A stretch of 64,000 nucleotides of DNA from an uncultured Acidimicrobiales bacterium. Lineage in GTDB: Bacteria > Actinomycetota > Acidimicrobiia > Acidimicrobiales > DATKAS01. Made by a program: the position numbers and the translations under genes. The number at the start of each line of letters is the position of its first letter. Positions within the stretch are counted from its first letter, which is position 1. The stretch is from NCBI GenBank assembly GCA_963708175.1, contig CAVPSD010000006.1, forward strand, positions 640,538 through 704,537, written 5' to 3'. Below are positions 29,591-39,649 of this stretch, in pieces. The notes under the pieces were generated by a model. The model ran no database searches, was not told the origin of the DNA, and saw nothing but the letters and a program-made list of their open reading frames with translations.

Positions 29591-31126
29591 GTGCGACGGA
29601 CGGCGGTGCTCATCGGGCTCCTCGCCACCGCCACGATCGCCATCTCGTGCGGCTCGAACGCGACGCCCGCGGCCGCTCCCTCGACGAGCGACCCGACGAC
29701 TTCGGCGGCGGTCGCGACGTCGACGCCCGCGGATCCGTCGTTCCCCGCGGGCACACAGCACCTGCACTTCGAGTTCGGTCCGGTCGACGTGCAACCGGGA
29801 CAGAACTCGATCGAGTTCTCGAAGGGGCAGATCCCGAAGCCCGACGTCGACGGATGGATCTTGCGCATGGCAGCGAACCTCAGGCGCGAGGACGGCAGCG
29901 TCCCGCCCGTCGACGTCATCCACCTCCATCACGGCGTCTGGTTGAACGCGTCGCGGAAGGACAGCACCTTCCCGACGTTCCCCGAGCGGTTCTTCGCTGC
30001 CGGCGAGGAAAAGACGACCACGGAGTTCGCGCCTGGCTACGGCTACGCGTATCGCGCGACCGACCGCTGGGCGCTGAACTACATGCTCCACAACCTCACG
30101 CCGACCGGCGAGAAGATCTGGATCACCTACGACCTCGACTTCCTGCCGTCGTCCCAGGACGCCGCGGCCGCCATCATCGGAGCTCGACCGGTGTGGCTCG
30201 ACGTCGAGAACGGCAGCAGCTATCCGGTGTTCGACGTCATCCGCGGAACGGGCACGAACGGCACGTTCACCTATCCCGACGACGCGACCGACCCCTACGA
30301 CGGAGCGCCGCCGAAGAACGAGTGGACGGTCGACATCGAAGGCGTGCTCGTCGGCACCGGTGGCCACCTGCATCCCGGTGGGCTGCACGACGACCTCTGG
30401 CTCGACCGCGCCGGCCAGACCGCGCACCTCTTCAAGTCCGACGCGAGGTACTTCGAGCCCGCGGGGGCGGTGTCTTGGGACGTCGCGATGACGGTGACCA
30501 ACCCGACGTGGAATGTCACGGTGCACCCGGACGACGTGCTCCGCGTGTCGGCGACGTACGACTCGGCGCGGGCGTCGTGGTACGAGTCCATGGGGATCAT
30601 GGTCGTGTGGATGGCGAACGGGGCGAGCGGAGGCGCCGACCCGTTCGTGACGCCGGTCGACGAACCCGGTCACCTCACGCACGGCCACCTGCCCGAGAAC
30701 GACCACCACGGCGGCCAGAACGCGACACTTCCCGACGTGACCGCGCTGCCGACGAACCCCGCGACGGGGCCGATCCACATTTCCTCGTTCTTCTACGCCT
30801 CCGGTGACATGCGCACGGGCGGTGACTTGCCGAGCGTCAAGCATGGAGAGCCGCTCACGTTCATCAACGACGACTCGCCGGTCGGTCCGGGCATCTGGCA
30901 CTCGATCACCGCGTGCAAGGCGCCATGCAACCTCGAGACGGGGATCGCGTATCCGATCGCGGACGCGGACATCCCCTTCGACTCCGGCCAGCTCGGCACC
31001 CAAGGCGTTCCGACCACCGGCAGCATCGAGTGGTCGACGCCCACCGACCTCCCCGCGGGCACGTACACCTACTTCTGCCGGATCCACCCGCTCATGCGCG
31101 GCGGCTTCGTCGTGACGGAGGGCTAA
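29591..31126 (+). CDS. secreted copper lipoprotein: PHM/DBH-like two-copper monooxygenase-like region fused to amicyanin-like cupredoxin domain
   Basis: Lipobox IAISCGS. The His/Met pattern H113-H114 ... H167 ... H259-x-H261 ... M334/M337 parallels the CuH/CuM ligand order of peptidylglycine alpha-hydroxylating monooxygenase. C-terminal type-1 Cu ligands are H437 and C496-x2-H499-x2-M502 (YFCRIHPLM). The function is inferred only. Confidence 0.55.
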   Translation: MRRTAVLIGLLATATIAISCGSNATPAAAPSTSDPTTSAAVATSTPADPSFPAGTQHLHFEFGPVDVQPGQNSIEFSKGQIPKPDVDGWILRMAANLRREDGSVPPVDVIHLHHGVWLNASRKDSTFPTFPERFFAAGEEKTTTEFAPGYGYAYRATDRWALNYMLHNLTPTGEKIWITYDLDFLPSSQDAAAAIIGARPVWLDVENGSSYPVFDVIRGTGTNGTFTYPDDATDPYDGAPPKNEWTVDIEGVLVGTGGHLHPGGLHDDLWLDRAGQTAHLFKSDARYFEPAGAVSWDVAMTVTNPTWNVTVHPDDVLRVSATYDSARASWYESMGIMVVWMANGASGGADPFVTPVDEPGHLTHGHLPENDHHGGQNATLPDVTALPTNPATGPIHISSFFYASGDMRTGGDLPSVKHGEPLTFINDDSPVGPGIWHSITACKAPCNLETGIAYPIADADIPFDSGQLGTQGVPTTGSIEWSTPTDLPAGTYTYFCRIHPLMRGGFVVTEG

Positions 31127-31136
31127 CCGTCAGCTC

Positions 31137-32132
31137 GTGACGGCGATTGCGCTCGTCGGGGCGTTCGCGCTCGCCCTCACGATGGGGATGGCAGCCGCGG
31201 GCAACGCGAGCGCAAACCTGGTCGACGCCCGCCTGGGGAGCCCGCGGTCGATCTTCGCGCTCTCGTTCTTCTCCCACCTCGCCGGGGCGATCCTCTCGGG
31301 AACCGCGGTGGCGAGCGTGGTCCTCGGCGCGATCCGCGTCACCGACGCCGATGCGCCGACCGTCCTCGCCGCAGGCACCGTCGCCGCAGTGGGGTTGCTC
31401 GTCGTCGCGTTGCGTGTGGGCATCCCGCTGAGCGCAGGCGTCGTGCTCGTCGGCGCACTCGCCGGCGCAGCGTGGGCCGGCGCTGGAGCGGACGCCGTCG
31501 TGTGGGGCGGCCTTCACGGGATCAAGCCGTACGGCGTCATCGGCGCGGCTCTTGCGATGGTCGTCGGCCCGGCGCTCGGCGTGACGGCCGCGTTCGCAGG
31601 CCGCCGCCTCGCGCGCCGCGGGCTGCGCAATGCCTCGCAGCGCGCCCGGGCGCCTCTCGACGTCACGCTCTGGATCACCTCGGGCTTGGTCGGCATCGCT
31701 GACGGAACCAACGACGGGCAGAAGGCAATGGCGATCGTGGCCGGCGCGCTCGTCGCCCGCGGCTCGATCGAGCCGGGCGAGATTCCGATGTGGGTGCGGG
31801 TGACCGTCGGCCTGGTGCTTGCGCTCGGGACCGTGCTCGGCGTTCGCGTGCTGCGAACCGTCAGCCGTCGTCTGTATCGCAGCCGGTCGCTCGACGCGGT
31901 GACCGCGGAGACGTCGTCGGCCGCGGTGATCCTCGCGTCGTCGTTCGTCGGCGCGCCCGTGAGCACGACTGCGGTGGTGACGTCCGGCGTCGTCGGCGCG
32001 GGACTGGCGACGCGGCCGCGCCATGTCGGCTGGGGAACGGTCGCCCGCATCGCGATCGCCTGGGCGATCGCCCTCCCTGCCAGCATGGCCGCCGGCGCGC
32101 TCATGTTCGCTCTGCTCGACGCCGTCACCTGA
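31137..32132 (+). CDS. inorganic phosphate transporter, PiT family
   Basis: 331 aa, polytopic. C-terminal PVSTTAVVTSGVVGAG...WGTVARIAIAWAIALPAS matches the PiT signature. The N-terminal GANDxxN motif is diverged (GNASANL). Confidence 0.7.
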   Translation: MTAIALVGAFALALTMGMAAAGNASANLVDARLGSPRSIFALSFFSHLAGAILSGTAVASVVLGAIRVTDADAPTVLAAGTVAAVGLLVVALRVGIPLSAGVVLVGALAGAAWAGAGADAVVWGGLHGIKPYGVIGAALAMVVGPALGVTAAFAGRRLARRGLRNASQRARAPLDVTLWITSGLVGIADGTNDGQKAMAIVAGALVARGSIEPGEIPMWVRVTVGLVLALGTVLGVRVLRTVSRRLYRSRSLDAVTAETSSAAVILASSFVGAPVSTTAVVTSGVVGAGLATRPRHVGWGTVARIAIAWAIALPASMAAGALMFALLDAVT

Positions 32133-32153
32133 CCGGGAACGTGGGGGGACGGG

Positions 32154-32795
32154 GTGCGCGAGGCTGAGCCTGTGGCGAACCGGCTGCCGTGGTTCCTGTC
32201 AGGCGAGCCCGACGTGCTCACGTTGTTCGACGCGCAGGTGGAGGCGACGGTCATCGGGATACGGGCGTTCGCGGCGTGGGCTGCGAGCGGGGACGACGAG
32301 CACGCGCATGCCGTGCGCGACGCGGAGCACCGCGCCGACCGCGCCCGCCGCGCTCTGGCGGACGGGTTGCGCAAGGCGCTTGTGACCCCCCTGGATCCCG
32401 AGGACCTCTACACGATGTCCGAGCGGCTCGACGCGGTGCTCAACGGCGCGAAGAACACGGTGCGCGACGCCGATGCGCTCGGCTGGAAGCCCGACCAGTC
32501 GGCGAGCGAGATGGCCTCACACGTGCTCGACGGCACCGAGCACCTCGCGCGTGCGTCGAGAGCCATCCGCAACGATCCCGACGGCGCGAGCAAGGAGGCG
32601 GACGCAGCCACCCACTGCTCGCGTCTGGTCGAGAAGTCCTATCGAGCTGCGATCGTCGCCCTTCGCTCGGAACCGGCGGAGGAACCGCTCGCGATCGTCA
32701 CGACCTACGAGGCCTACCGGTCATTGCTCGCGATCTCGGACGCGATCGTGCACGTCGCGCACCGAATCTGGTACTCGGTGCTGAAACTCAGCTAG
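32154..32795 (+). CDS. DUF47 (PhoU-like, PiT-associated) protein
   Basis: 213 aa, helical. HAVRDAEHRADRARRAL...TPLDPEDLYTMSERLDAV is typical of DUF47, which is normally paired with PiT. Confidence 0.7.
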   Translation: MREAEPVANRLPWFLSGEPDVLTLFDAQVEATVIGIRAFAAWAASGDDEHAHAVRDAEHRADRARRALADGLRKALVTPLDPEDLYTMSERLDAVLNGAKNTVRDADALGWKPDQSASEMASHVLDGTEHLARASRAIRNDPDGASKEADAATHCSRLVEKSYRAAIVALRSEPAEEPLAIVTTYEAYRSLLAISDAIVHVAHRIWYSVLKLS

Positions 32796-32801
32796 GTCGC
32801 G

Positions 32802-33728
<927 letters not shown>

Positions 33729-33887
33729 GAGTACTCCTGGCGAGGGGTGTTGAAAGGTCAGGTCCAAGCCGAGGGGGAAACACGGCTCGCAGGCTCATTG
33801 ACGCTATGAGGTCAACAAGAGTTCCCAGCGTGGCGCGCGTCACCCCCCGTTTGCAACCCCGAAAGGCGTCTGTTACCCAACTGTGAC

Positions 33888-33927
33888 CGAAAAGTCCAGG
33901 TCACGCGCGGATCGGCTCTCACCTGGA
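33888..33927 (-). terminator. possible intrinsic terminator downstream of the aminotransferase operon
   Basis: Minus strand: tccaggt-N19-acctgga (7-bp stem, 33895..33927) followed by cttttcgg. Lies about 40 nt after the stop at 33966. The loop is long and the U-tract short. Confidence 0.3.
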
Positions 33928-33965
33928 CCTGTCCGGTCCGGGCCGAGCCGATCCGGGCGAGCCCG

Positions 33966-35315
33966 TCAGGCGAGCCAGGCGGCGGTTCGGTCCAGGACCT
34001 GGCTGAGGCGGGTCGCGAGATCGTCGAGCTCCTCCGTCTGGCAGATCAGTGGTGGGGCGATGACCAACATGGTGGCCCCCCGGTCGTCCGGGCGGATGTG
34101 GAGACCGGCCTCCCGGATGAACCGGGCGAGCTCACCGCCGAGGAGCCCGGCCGACTGCTCGGCGCTCAGGTCCCGGCCCTCGGACCGGCTCGCCATGAGC
34201 TCGAAGGCGTAGAAGTAGCCCATCCCGCGGGTCTCCTTCACGACGTCGTAGACGTCGTGGAGCTCGCGGACCCGGTTTGCCAGGTGGCCCTGGTGGGCGA
34301 CCACGTTCTCGATCACGTGCTCGTCACGCATCGCCGTCAGGTTCGCAACAGCGACCGCGGTGGCGACGGGATGTCCCCCGAACGTCGAGCCGTGCACGAA
34401 GCTTCCGAGCGGGGATGCCGCGATCTCGTCGACGACCTTGTTCGTCGCGATCACGCCGCCCAGGGGCGCGTACGCCGAGGTCACCCCCTTGGCGAACGTC
34501 AGCAGGTCGGGCACCACGCCGAACAGCTCGCTGCCGAACCACGCGCCGAGCCGGCCGTAGCCATTGATCACCTCGTCGGCGCAGAGAAGGACCCCGTACT
34601 TGTCGCAGATGCGTCGCAGCTCGGGCCAGTAACCGTCGGGAGGCACGAGGGCTCCACGTCCGTTCTGCACGGGCTCGGCGATGACCATCGCCATGGTGTC
34701 GGGGCCCTCCTCGAGGATCGTCTCCTCGACCGCACGTGCGCGATCCAGACCCTCTTCCCTCGTGTTGGCGTGAAGCGTGTTGGGCACATTGCGCACGCCG
34801 TCCCAGAGCATCGGGAGGAACGGGGCGCGCAGGCGAGGCACTGCCGTGATCGAGAGCGCGCCGAGTGTCGTGCCGTGGTACGCCCAGTCGCGCGAGATCA
34901 CCTTGTAGCGGCCTTCGTCTCCGCGAGCGACGTGGTAGTTGCGGGCGAGCTTCGCTGCGGACTCGACCGCCTCTGACCCCGAGCTCACGAAGAACACATG
35001 CTCGAGGTCGCCGGGTGCGAGCTCCGCGATGAGCTCCGCGGCCTCGATCGACGGCGGGCTCACCACACCCCAGTTCGTCGTGAAGGCGAGGGTCTCCATC
35101 TGCTTCGCCGCGACCGCGCCGAGGTCGGCGCGCCCGTGTCCGATCTGCACGCAGAACAGGCCGCTCAGGCCGTCGAGCACCTGCCGTCCGGCGTCATCCC
35201 AGAGGTAGGCGCCGTCCCCGCGCACGAACACAGGAAGCTGCGGGCTCTGCCACGCCTCGGCCTTGGTGAAATGCGGGATGAGGTGGCGCCGAGCCGCGTC
35301 CCGGATGTCGCTCAT
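33966..35315 (-). CDS. class-III (omega) aminotransferase, PLP-dependent
   Basis: ORF 33966..35771 trimmed to ATG 35315 (MSDIRDAARRHLIPHF), with ATGA overlap with the upstream PhyH gene. SGSEAVESAAKLAR, DEVINGYGRLG, and PLP-Lys in LLTFAKGVTS. Confidence 0.85.
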   Translation of the reverse strand: MSDIRDAARRHLIPHFTKAEAWQSPQLPVFVRGDGAYLWDDAGRQVLDGLSGLFCVQIGHGRADLGAVAAKQMETLAFTTNWGVVSPPSIEAAELIAELAPGDLEHVFFVSSGSEAVESAAKLARNYHVARGDEGRYKVISRDWAYHGTTLGALSITAVPRLRAPFLPMLWDGVRNVPNTLHANTREEGLDRARAVEETILEEGPDTMAMVIAEPVQNGRGALVPPDGYWPELRRICDKYGVLLCADEVINGYGRLGAWFGSELFGVVPDLLTFAKGVTSAYAPLGGVIATNKVVDEIAASPLGSFVHGSTFGGHPVATAVAVANLTAMRDEHVIENVVAHQGHLANRVRELHDVYDVVKETRGMGYFYAFELMASRSEGRDLSAEQSAGLLGGELARFIREAGLHIRPDDRGATMLVIAPPLICQTEELDDLATRLSQVLDRTAAWLA

Positions 35316-36151
35316 GACGAGAACCCCCGATCCTGTGGGCCGTGCAAGGCCTCCATCGGATCCTGCAGATCGCCGAAGTAGCCGAGTGCGTACGCGCCAC
35401 GCCGGTACCCGATGAGCTTTGCGAGCTCGGGATCGAGGGTGCGGGCGACATCCGGCGGGCACGCCAGGTACTGGTTCTCCTCCTGGCGAAGCCACGAGAG
35501 CGTGTAACCGACGTTGATGCCGAGTCGCCGACCATCCGAGCGGTTCGCGCCGCCCCCGTGGTACACGGACCCGACGTACACGAACACCGATCCCTTCGGC
35601 ATCTCCGCGGGCACCGTCTCGTCGTACTGAGGCCGCAGCTTGTCCTCCCACTTGTGACTGCCGGGGATGACCCGGGTCGCGCCGTTCTCCTCCGTGAAGT
35701 CCGTCATCGCCCACATCACGTGGCACTCGACTTCGTAGCCCGAGGGGAACGGGAAGAAGTCGAAGGCCCACTGGTCGCGGTGCACGAGCTGGCCGGGCTC
35801 GCCGGGCCCGATGTCGATCACCTGCGTGAGGTGCAGCTGGTAGCTCGTCGCGTGATCGCCGAGCACGCGGTCGAGCGCACCGAGGACGAGAGGATGCGCG
35901 GCGAGCGGCCGGAACGAGGGCGAGCGGGCGATCATGCTGCCGGTACGGCGGGTGCGGTGGCCGCTGAAGTCGTCGGGGCCCATCGGCGTCACCTCGATGA
36001 ACGGAGTCATCTCGCGGTGGATGTCATCCATCACGTCCGGGCTGACGAGCTCGGACACGGTGACGCATCCGTCCTCCGCGAGGACCGTGACGACGTCGTC
36101 GGTTGACGCACTCGCATCGAGCGTTTGCACCGCTCGGAGATCGGTCGACAT
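35312..36151 (-). CDS. phytanoyl-CoA dioxygenase (PhyH) family oxygenase
   Basis: 279 aa. QLVHRDQ (H-x-D), ENGATRVIPGSHKW, VYHGGGAN. Translationally coupled to the aminotransferase. Confidence 0.8.
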   Translation of the reverse strand: MSTDLRAVQTLDASASTDDVVTVLAEDGCVTVSELVSPDVMDDIHREMTPFIEVTPMGPDDFSGHRTRRTGSMIARSPSFRPLAAHPLVLGALDRVLGDHATSYQLHLTQVIDIGPGEPGQLVHRDQWAFDFFPFPSGYEVECHVMWAMTDFTEENGATRVIPGSHKWEDKLRPQYDETVPAEMPKGSVFVYVGSVYHGGGANRSDGRRLGINVGYTLSWLRQEENQYLACPPDVARTLDPELAKLIGYRRGAYALGYFGDLQDPMEALHGPQDRGFSS

Positions 36152-36249
36152 CCGCCCAGCCTATGGGCGCCGAAGAGCCTGCAGGATTTGAGAAGGGTGC
36201 GGATTGCCCCTATTGCAGGCGACTTGCAACAACCATAAGGTCGGTGCCG

Positions 36250-36930
36250 ATGCACATCCCCGATGGATTCATCGACGGACCCACCTCTGTCGCGGGCGGT
36301 GCCGTCGCCATCACCGGTCTCGCGGTCTGCCTCCGGAAGGCGTCCGAGACGATGGAGGACAAGCAGGTCCCCCTTGCCGGCCTCACCGCCGCGTTCGTCT
36401 TCGCCGTCCAGATGCTCAACTTCCCCGTCGCCAGCGGCACGAGCGGACACCTGCTCGGAGGTGTGCTCGCCGCGGTCCTCGTCGGGCCGTGGGTCGGAAC
36501 CTTGTGCGTGTCGGTCGTGCTCACCGTGCAGTGCCTGCTTTTCGCCGACGGAGGCATCAGCGCGCTCGGCCTCAACATCATCAACATGGCGATGATCGGC
36601 GCGTTCGGCGGTTACGCCGCCTTCTTCCTCGTCAAGAAGGTCGTGGCGAAGACGAAGGGCGGTGTCACATTGGCGGCCGGCATCGCTGCCGGTTTCGCGC
36701 CCGTGCTCGCGGCCATCGCGTTCACCGTCGAGTACGCGATCGGCGGCAACGACGCCGCTTCGGTCGGCACCGTGGCGGCCGCGATGATCGGGGTGCACAT
36801 CCTGATCGGGATCGGAGAGGGCGTCATCACGGCGATGGCGGTCGGCTCGGTGCTGGCCGTCAGACCGGACCTCGTGTGGGGCGCGAAGGATCTGACGACA
36901 CGGGCGTCGATGGAAGTGGCAGTCGCATGA
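36250..36930 (+). CDS. cbiM: ECF-type cobalt/nickel transporter substrate-capture subunit CbiM
   Basis: ORF 36103..36930 trimmed to ATG 36250. The N-terminus MHIPDGF is the invariant metal-binding start of CbiM/NikM. Polytopic. Confidence 0.85.
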   Translation: MHIPDGFIDGPTSVAGGAVAITGLAVCLRKASETMEDKQVPLAGLTAAFVFAVQMLNFPVASGTSGHLLGGVLAAVLVGPWVGTLCVSVVLTVQCLLFADGGISALGLNIINMAMIGAFGGYAAFFLVKKVVAKTKGGVTLAAGIAAGFAPVLAAIAFTVEYAIGGNDAASVGTVAAAMIGVHILIGIGEGVITAMAVGSVLAVRPDLVWGAKDLTTRASMEVAVA

Positions 36931-37244
36931 AACGCCGCATCGCGGTGTTCGTCGCGGCCGGGCTCGTGGTGGCGCTCGGCCTCGCGTTCTTCGTGAGCCC
37001 GTACGCGAGCTCGCAGCCCGACGGCCTCAACAAGGTGGCTGCGGAGAAGGGATTCGACTCGAGCGCAAGAGATCACAGCCTCGACGACAGCCCCCTCGCG
37101 GGATACAGCGTCGAAGGCGTGGGCAACGGCAAGCTCAGCAAGGGCCTGTCCGGGATCATCGGAGTCGCGCTCACCTTCGCCGTCGGGTATGGCGTGCTGA
37201 CGCTCGTCCGGGTCTCACGCCGTCGGCGTGCTGTCACCACGTGA
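36927..37244 (+). CDS. PDGLE-domain protein (CbiN-equivalent small membrane subunit)
   Basis: ATGA overlap with cbiM. MKRRIAVFVAAGLVVALGLAFF...SSQPDGLNKV, plus a C-terminal TM helix. Confidence 0.7.
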   Translation: MKRRIAVFVAAGLVVALGLAFFVSPYASSQPDGLNKVAAEKGFDSSARDHSLDDSPLAGYSVEGVGNGKLSKGLSGIIGVALTFAVGYGVLTLVRVSRRRRAVTT

Positions 37245-37999
37245 GCGGCAACCACCACCTCTACGTCCCCGGCGCGTCGCCGATTCACCGGCTCGCGCCC
37301 CAGTGCAAGCTCGCGGCCGCCGTCCTGTACGTGCTCGCCATCGTCGCCACGCCCAGAGAGGCGTTCGGCGCGTTCGCGGCCTTTGCCGCCATCCTGGTTG
37401 TGCTGACCTTCGTCGCGCGGGTGCCGCTGACGTTCCTGCTGCGGCGGCTCGTGATCGAACTGCCCTTCCTCGCGTTCGCGCTGCTCCTGCCGGTCTTCGG
37501 GCAGGGCGAGCGCGTCGAAGTTCTCGGTGTGTCGCTCTCCGTTGCCGGCCTTTGGGGGATGTGGAACATCCTCGTGAAGGCGACGCTCGGTGTTGCGACA
37601 ACCGTCCTCATGGCGGCCACCACGCCGGTGCCCGACCTCTTGCACGGGCTCGAGCACCTGCGACTGCCCAAGGTCTTCGTCGGCATCTGTGGGTTCATGA
37701 TCCGCTACGCGGACGTGATCACGTCCGAGCTCCACCGCATGCGCGTCGCTCGCGTGTCCCGCGGCGCCGATCCGAGGTGGCTGTGGCAAGCGCGGGCGAC
37801 GGCGGCGTCGGCGGGCACGCTGTTCATCCGCTCGTACGAACGCGGTGAGCGCGTGTACCTCGCGATGGCGTCACGGGGCTACGCCGGATCGATGCCGATG
37901 GTCGAGGATCACGCCGCCCCTGCCGACCAGTGGGTCGTGACCCTCGCGCTCCCGTTCGTGGGTGCGCTGATCGCCACTGCTGCCTGGGTGGTGACGTGA
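37241..37999 (+). CDS. cbiQ: ECF transporter transmembrane (T) component CbiQ
   Basis: 252 aa. Overlaps the upstream stop. Arg-rich coupling helix region (ELHRMRVARVSRG) typical of CbiQ/EcfT. Confidence 0.75.
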   Translation: MSGNHHLYVPGASPIHRLAPQCKLAAAVLYVLAIVATPREAFGAFAAFAAILVVLTFVARVPLTFLLRRLVIELPFLAFALLLPVFGQGERVEVLGVSLSVAGLWGMWNILVKATLGVATTVLMAATTPVPDLLHGLEHLRLPKVFVGICGFMIRYADVITSELHRMRVARVSRGADPRWLWQARATAASAGTLFIRSYERGERVYLAMASRGYAGSMPMVEDHAAPADQWVVTLALPFVGALIATAAWVVT

Positions 38000-38739
38000 C
38001 GTTTCCCGCGCTCGAAGTACGGGGCGTGACCTTCGCCTACCCGGACGGGCATCAGGCGCTCTTCGGGGTCGACCTCAGCATCGGCGAGGGTGAGCGCGTC
38101 GCGCTGCTCGGGCCGAACGGCGCCGGCAAGACAACGCTCGTCCTCCACCTCAACGGGATCCTCGACGGAGGAGCCGGGGAGGTGCGCGTGGCGGGCATCC
38201 CGGTCACGAAGCCGAACCTCCACGAGATCCGCCAGCGCGTCGGCATCGTCTTCCAGGATCCCGACGATCAGCTGTTCATGCCGACCGTGCACGACGACGT
38301 CGCGTTCGGCCCGGCGAACTTCGGAGTCCGCGGGGCCGAGCTCGAGACGCGCGTGGACGAGGCGCTCACCGCAGTTGGCATGGAGGCGTTCGGGTCCCGG
38401 GCCCCGCATCACCTGAGCTTCGGGCAACGCCGCCGGGTGGCCGCGGCAACGGTGCTGGCAATGCATCCGAGCATCCTCGTGCTCGACGAGCCTTCGTCGA
38501 ACCTCGACCCCATGGCCCGCCGCGAGTTCGCGGACATCGTGAAGGGCCTCGGCCTCACCACGCTGATGGTCACCCACGATCTCCCCTACGCGCTCGAGCT
38601 GTGCCCCCGCGCGCTCGTGATGAACGACGGCCGCATCGTCGCCGACGGCACCACGCGCGAGGTGCTGGCAGACACGGAGCTGATGCGCGCCAACCGCCTC
38701 GAGCTGCCCTACGGGTTCGATCCCGCGTTCACCCGGTAG
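37996..38739 (+). CDS. cbiO: ECF transporter ATPase CbiO
   Basis: GTGA overlap (GTG 37996, VTFPALEV). Walker A GPNGAGKTT, signature LSFGQRRR, Walker B ILVLDEP. Confidence 0.85.
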   Translation: MTFPALEVRGVTFAYPDGHQALFGVDLSIGEGERVALLGPNGAGKTTLVLHLNGILDGGAGEVRVAGIPVTKPNLHEIRQRVGIVFQDPDDQLFMPTVHDDVAFGPANFGVRGAELETRVDEALTAVGMEAFGSRAPHHLSFGQRRRVAAATVLAMHPSILVLDEPSSNLDPMARREFADIVKGLGLTTLMVTHDLPYALELCPRALVMNDGRIVADGTTREVLADTELMRANRLELPYGFDPAFTR

Positions 38740-38811
38740 CGGCCGCACGTCTTTACAGACTTCTCAGCCACGTCACAGAAGGCTCCGAGGGATGCGGCGC
38801 AGGATCAGTGC

Positions 38812-39639
38812 ATGGCTGCAGAGATCTCCTCCGCAGAAGGCCGTCCCCATCACCCTCGCCCCGACCGGTCGGCGACGCCCGCCGTGGACATCGCGCTGCC
38901 GGTTCACAACGAGGAACGCACCTTGGCCGCGAGCGTCGAGCGCCTCCACGAGCACCTCAGCGAACACTTCCCCTACTCGTGGCAGATCACGATCGTCGAG
39001 AACGGCAGCACTGACCGCACCCCTGGGGTCGCCGAGCGGCTCGCCGGCGAGGTGCGCGAGGTCCGCGTCGTCTCGATGGCGACGCCGGGACGAGGCGGCG
39101 CGTTGCGCCGGGTGTGGTCCGAGAGTGCGTCGGAGGTCCTCGCGTACATGGACGTCGACCTCTCGACCGATCTGTCGGCACTGACGGCTCTCGTCGCTCC
39201 GCTGACCTCGGACGACGCGGACATCGCGATCGGCTCAAGGCTCTCCCCGCAGTCGCACGTGCTTCGCTCCGCGAAGCGTGAGGTGCTCAGCCGCGGCTAC
39301 ATGGCCGTGCTGCGGGCCGCGTTCCATCCTCCGTTCCACGACGCGCAGTGTGGCTTCAAGGCTCTGCGCGCCGATGCGGCCGCCATCCTCCTCCCCCTCG
39401 TCGAGGACGACGGATGGTTCTTCGACACAGAGCTGCTGCTGCTCGCGTGCCACCTCGACCTTCGGCTTCACGAGGTGCCCGTGGCGTGGATCGAGGACAC
39501 AGACAGCCGCGTTCGCATCGCATCGACGGTGTGGCACGACCTGCACGGCGTCGCCCGGATGCACCGCCGCCTCCGCGCCAGTGCGATCACCCGCGTTCGA
39601 CCCACTCCCAACCGTCATGTGACCGAGCACGCCGCATGA
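38812..39639 (+). CDS. family-2 glycosyltransferase (polyprenol-phosphate sugar synthase-like)
   Basis: 275 aa. DIALPVHNEE, ENGSTDRT, MDVDLS (DxD), CGFKALR are typical of GT2 DPM1-like enzymes. Confidence 0.8.
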   Translation: MAAEISSAEGRPHHPRPDRSATPAVDIALPVHNEERTLAASVERLHEHLSEHFPYSWQITIVENGSTDRTPGVAERLAGEVREVRVVSMATPGRGGALRRVWSESASEVLAYMDVDLSTDLSALTALVAPLTSDDADIAIGSRLSPQSHVLRSAKREVLSRGYMAVLRAAFHPPFHDAQCGFKALRADAAAILLPLVEDDGWFFDTELLLLACHLDLRLHEVPVAWIEDTDSRVRIASTVWHDLHGVARMHRRLRASAITRVRPTPNRHVTEHAA

Positions 39640-39649
39640 CCGCGTCGTC

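Noticed and set aside
36152-36249. Possible cobalamin riboswitch upstream of cbiM.
   Set aside because: The leader is only 98 nt and I could not find a B12-box-like element or the usual conserved stems by eye. A covariance-model scan is needed for a definitive answer.
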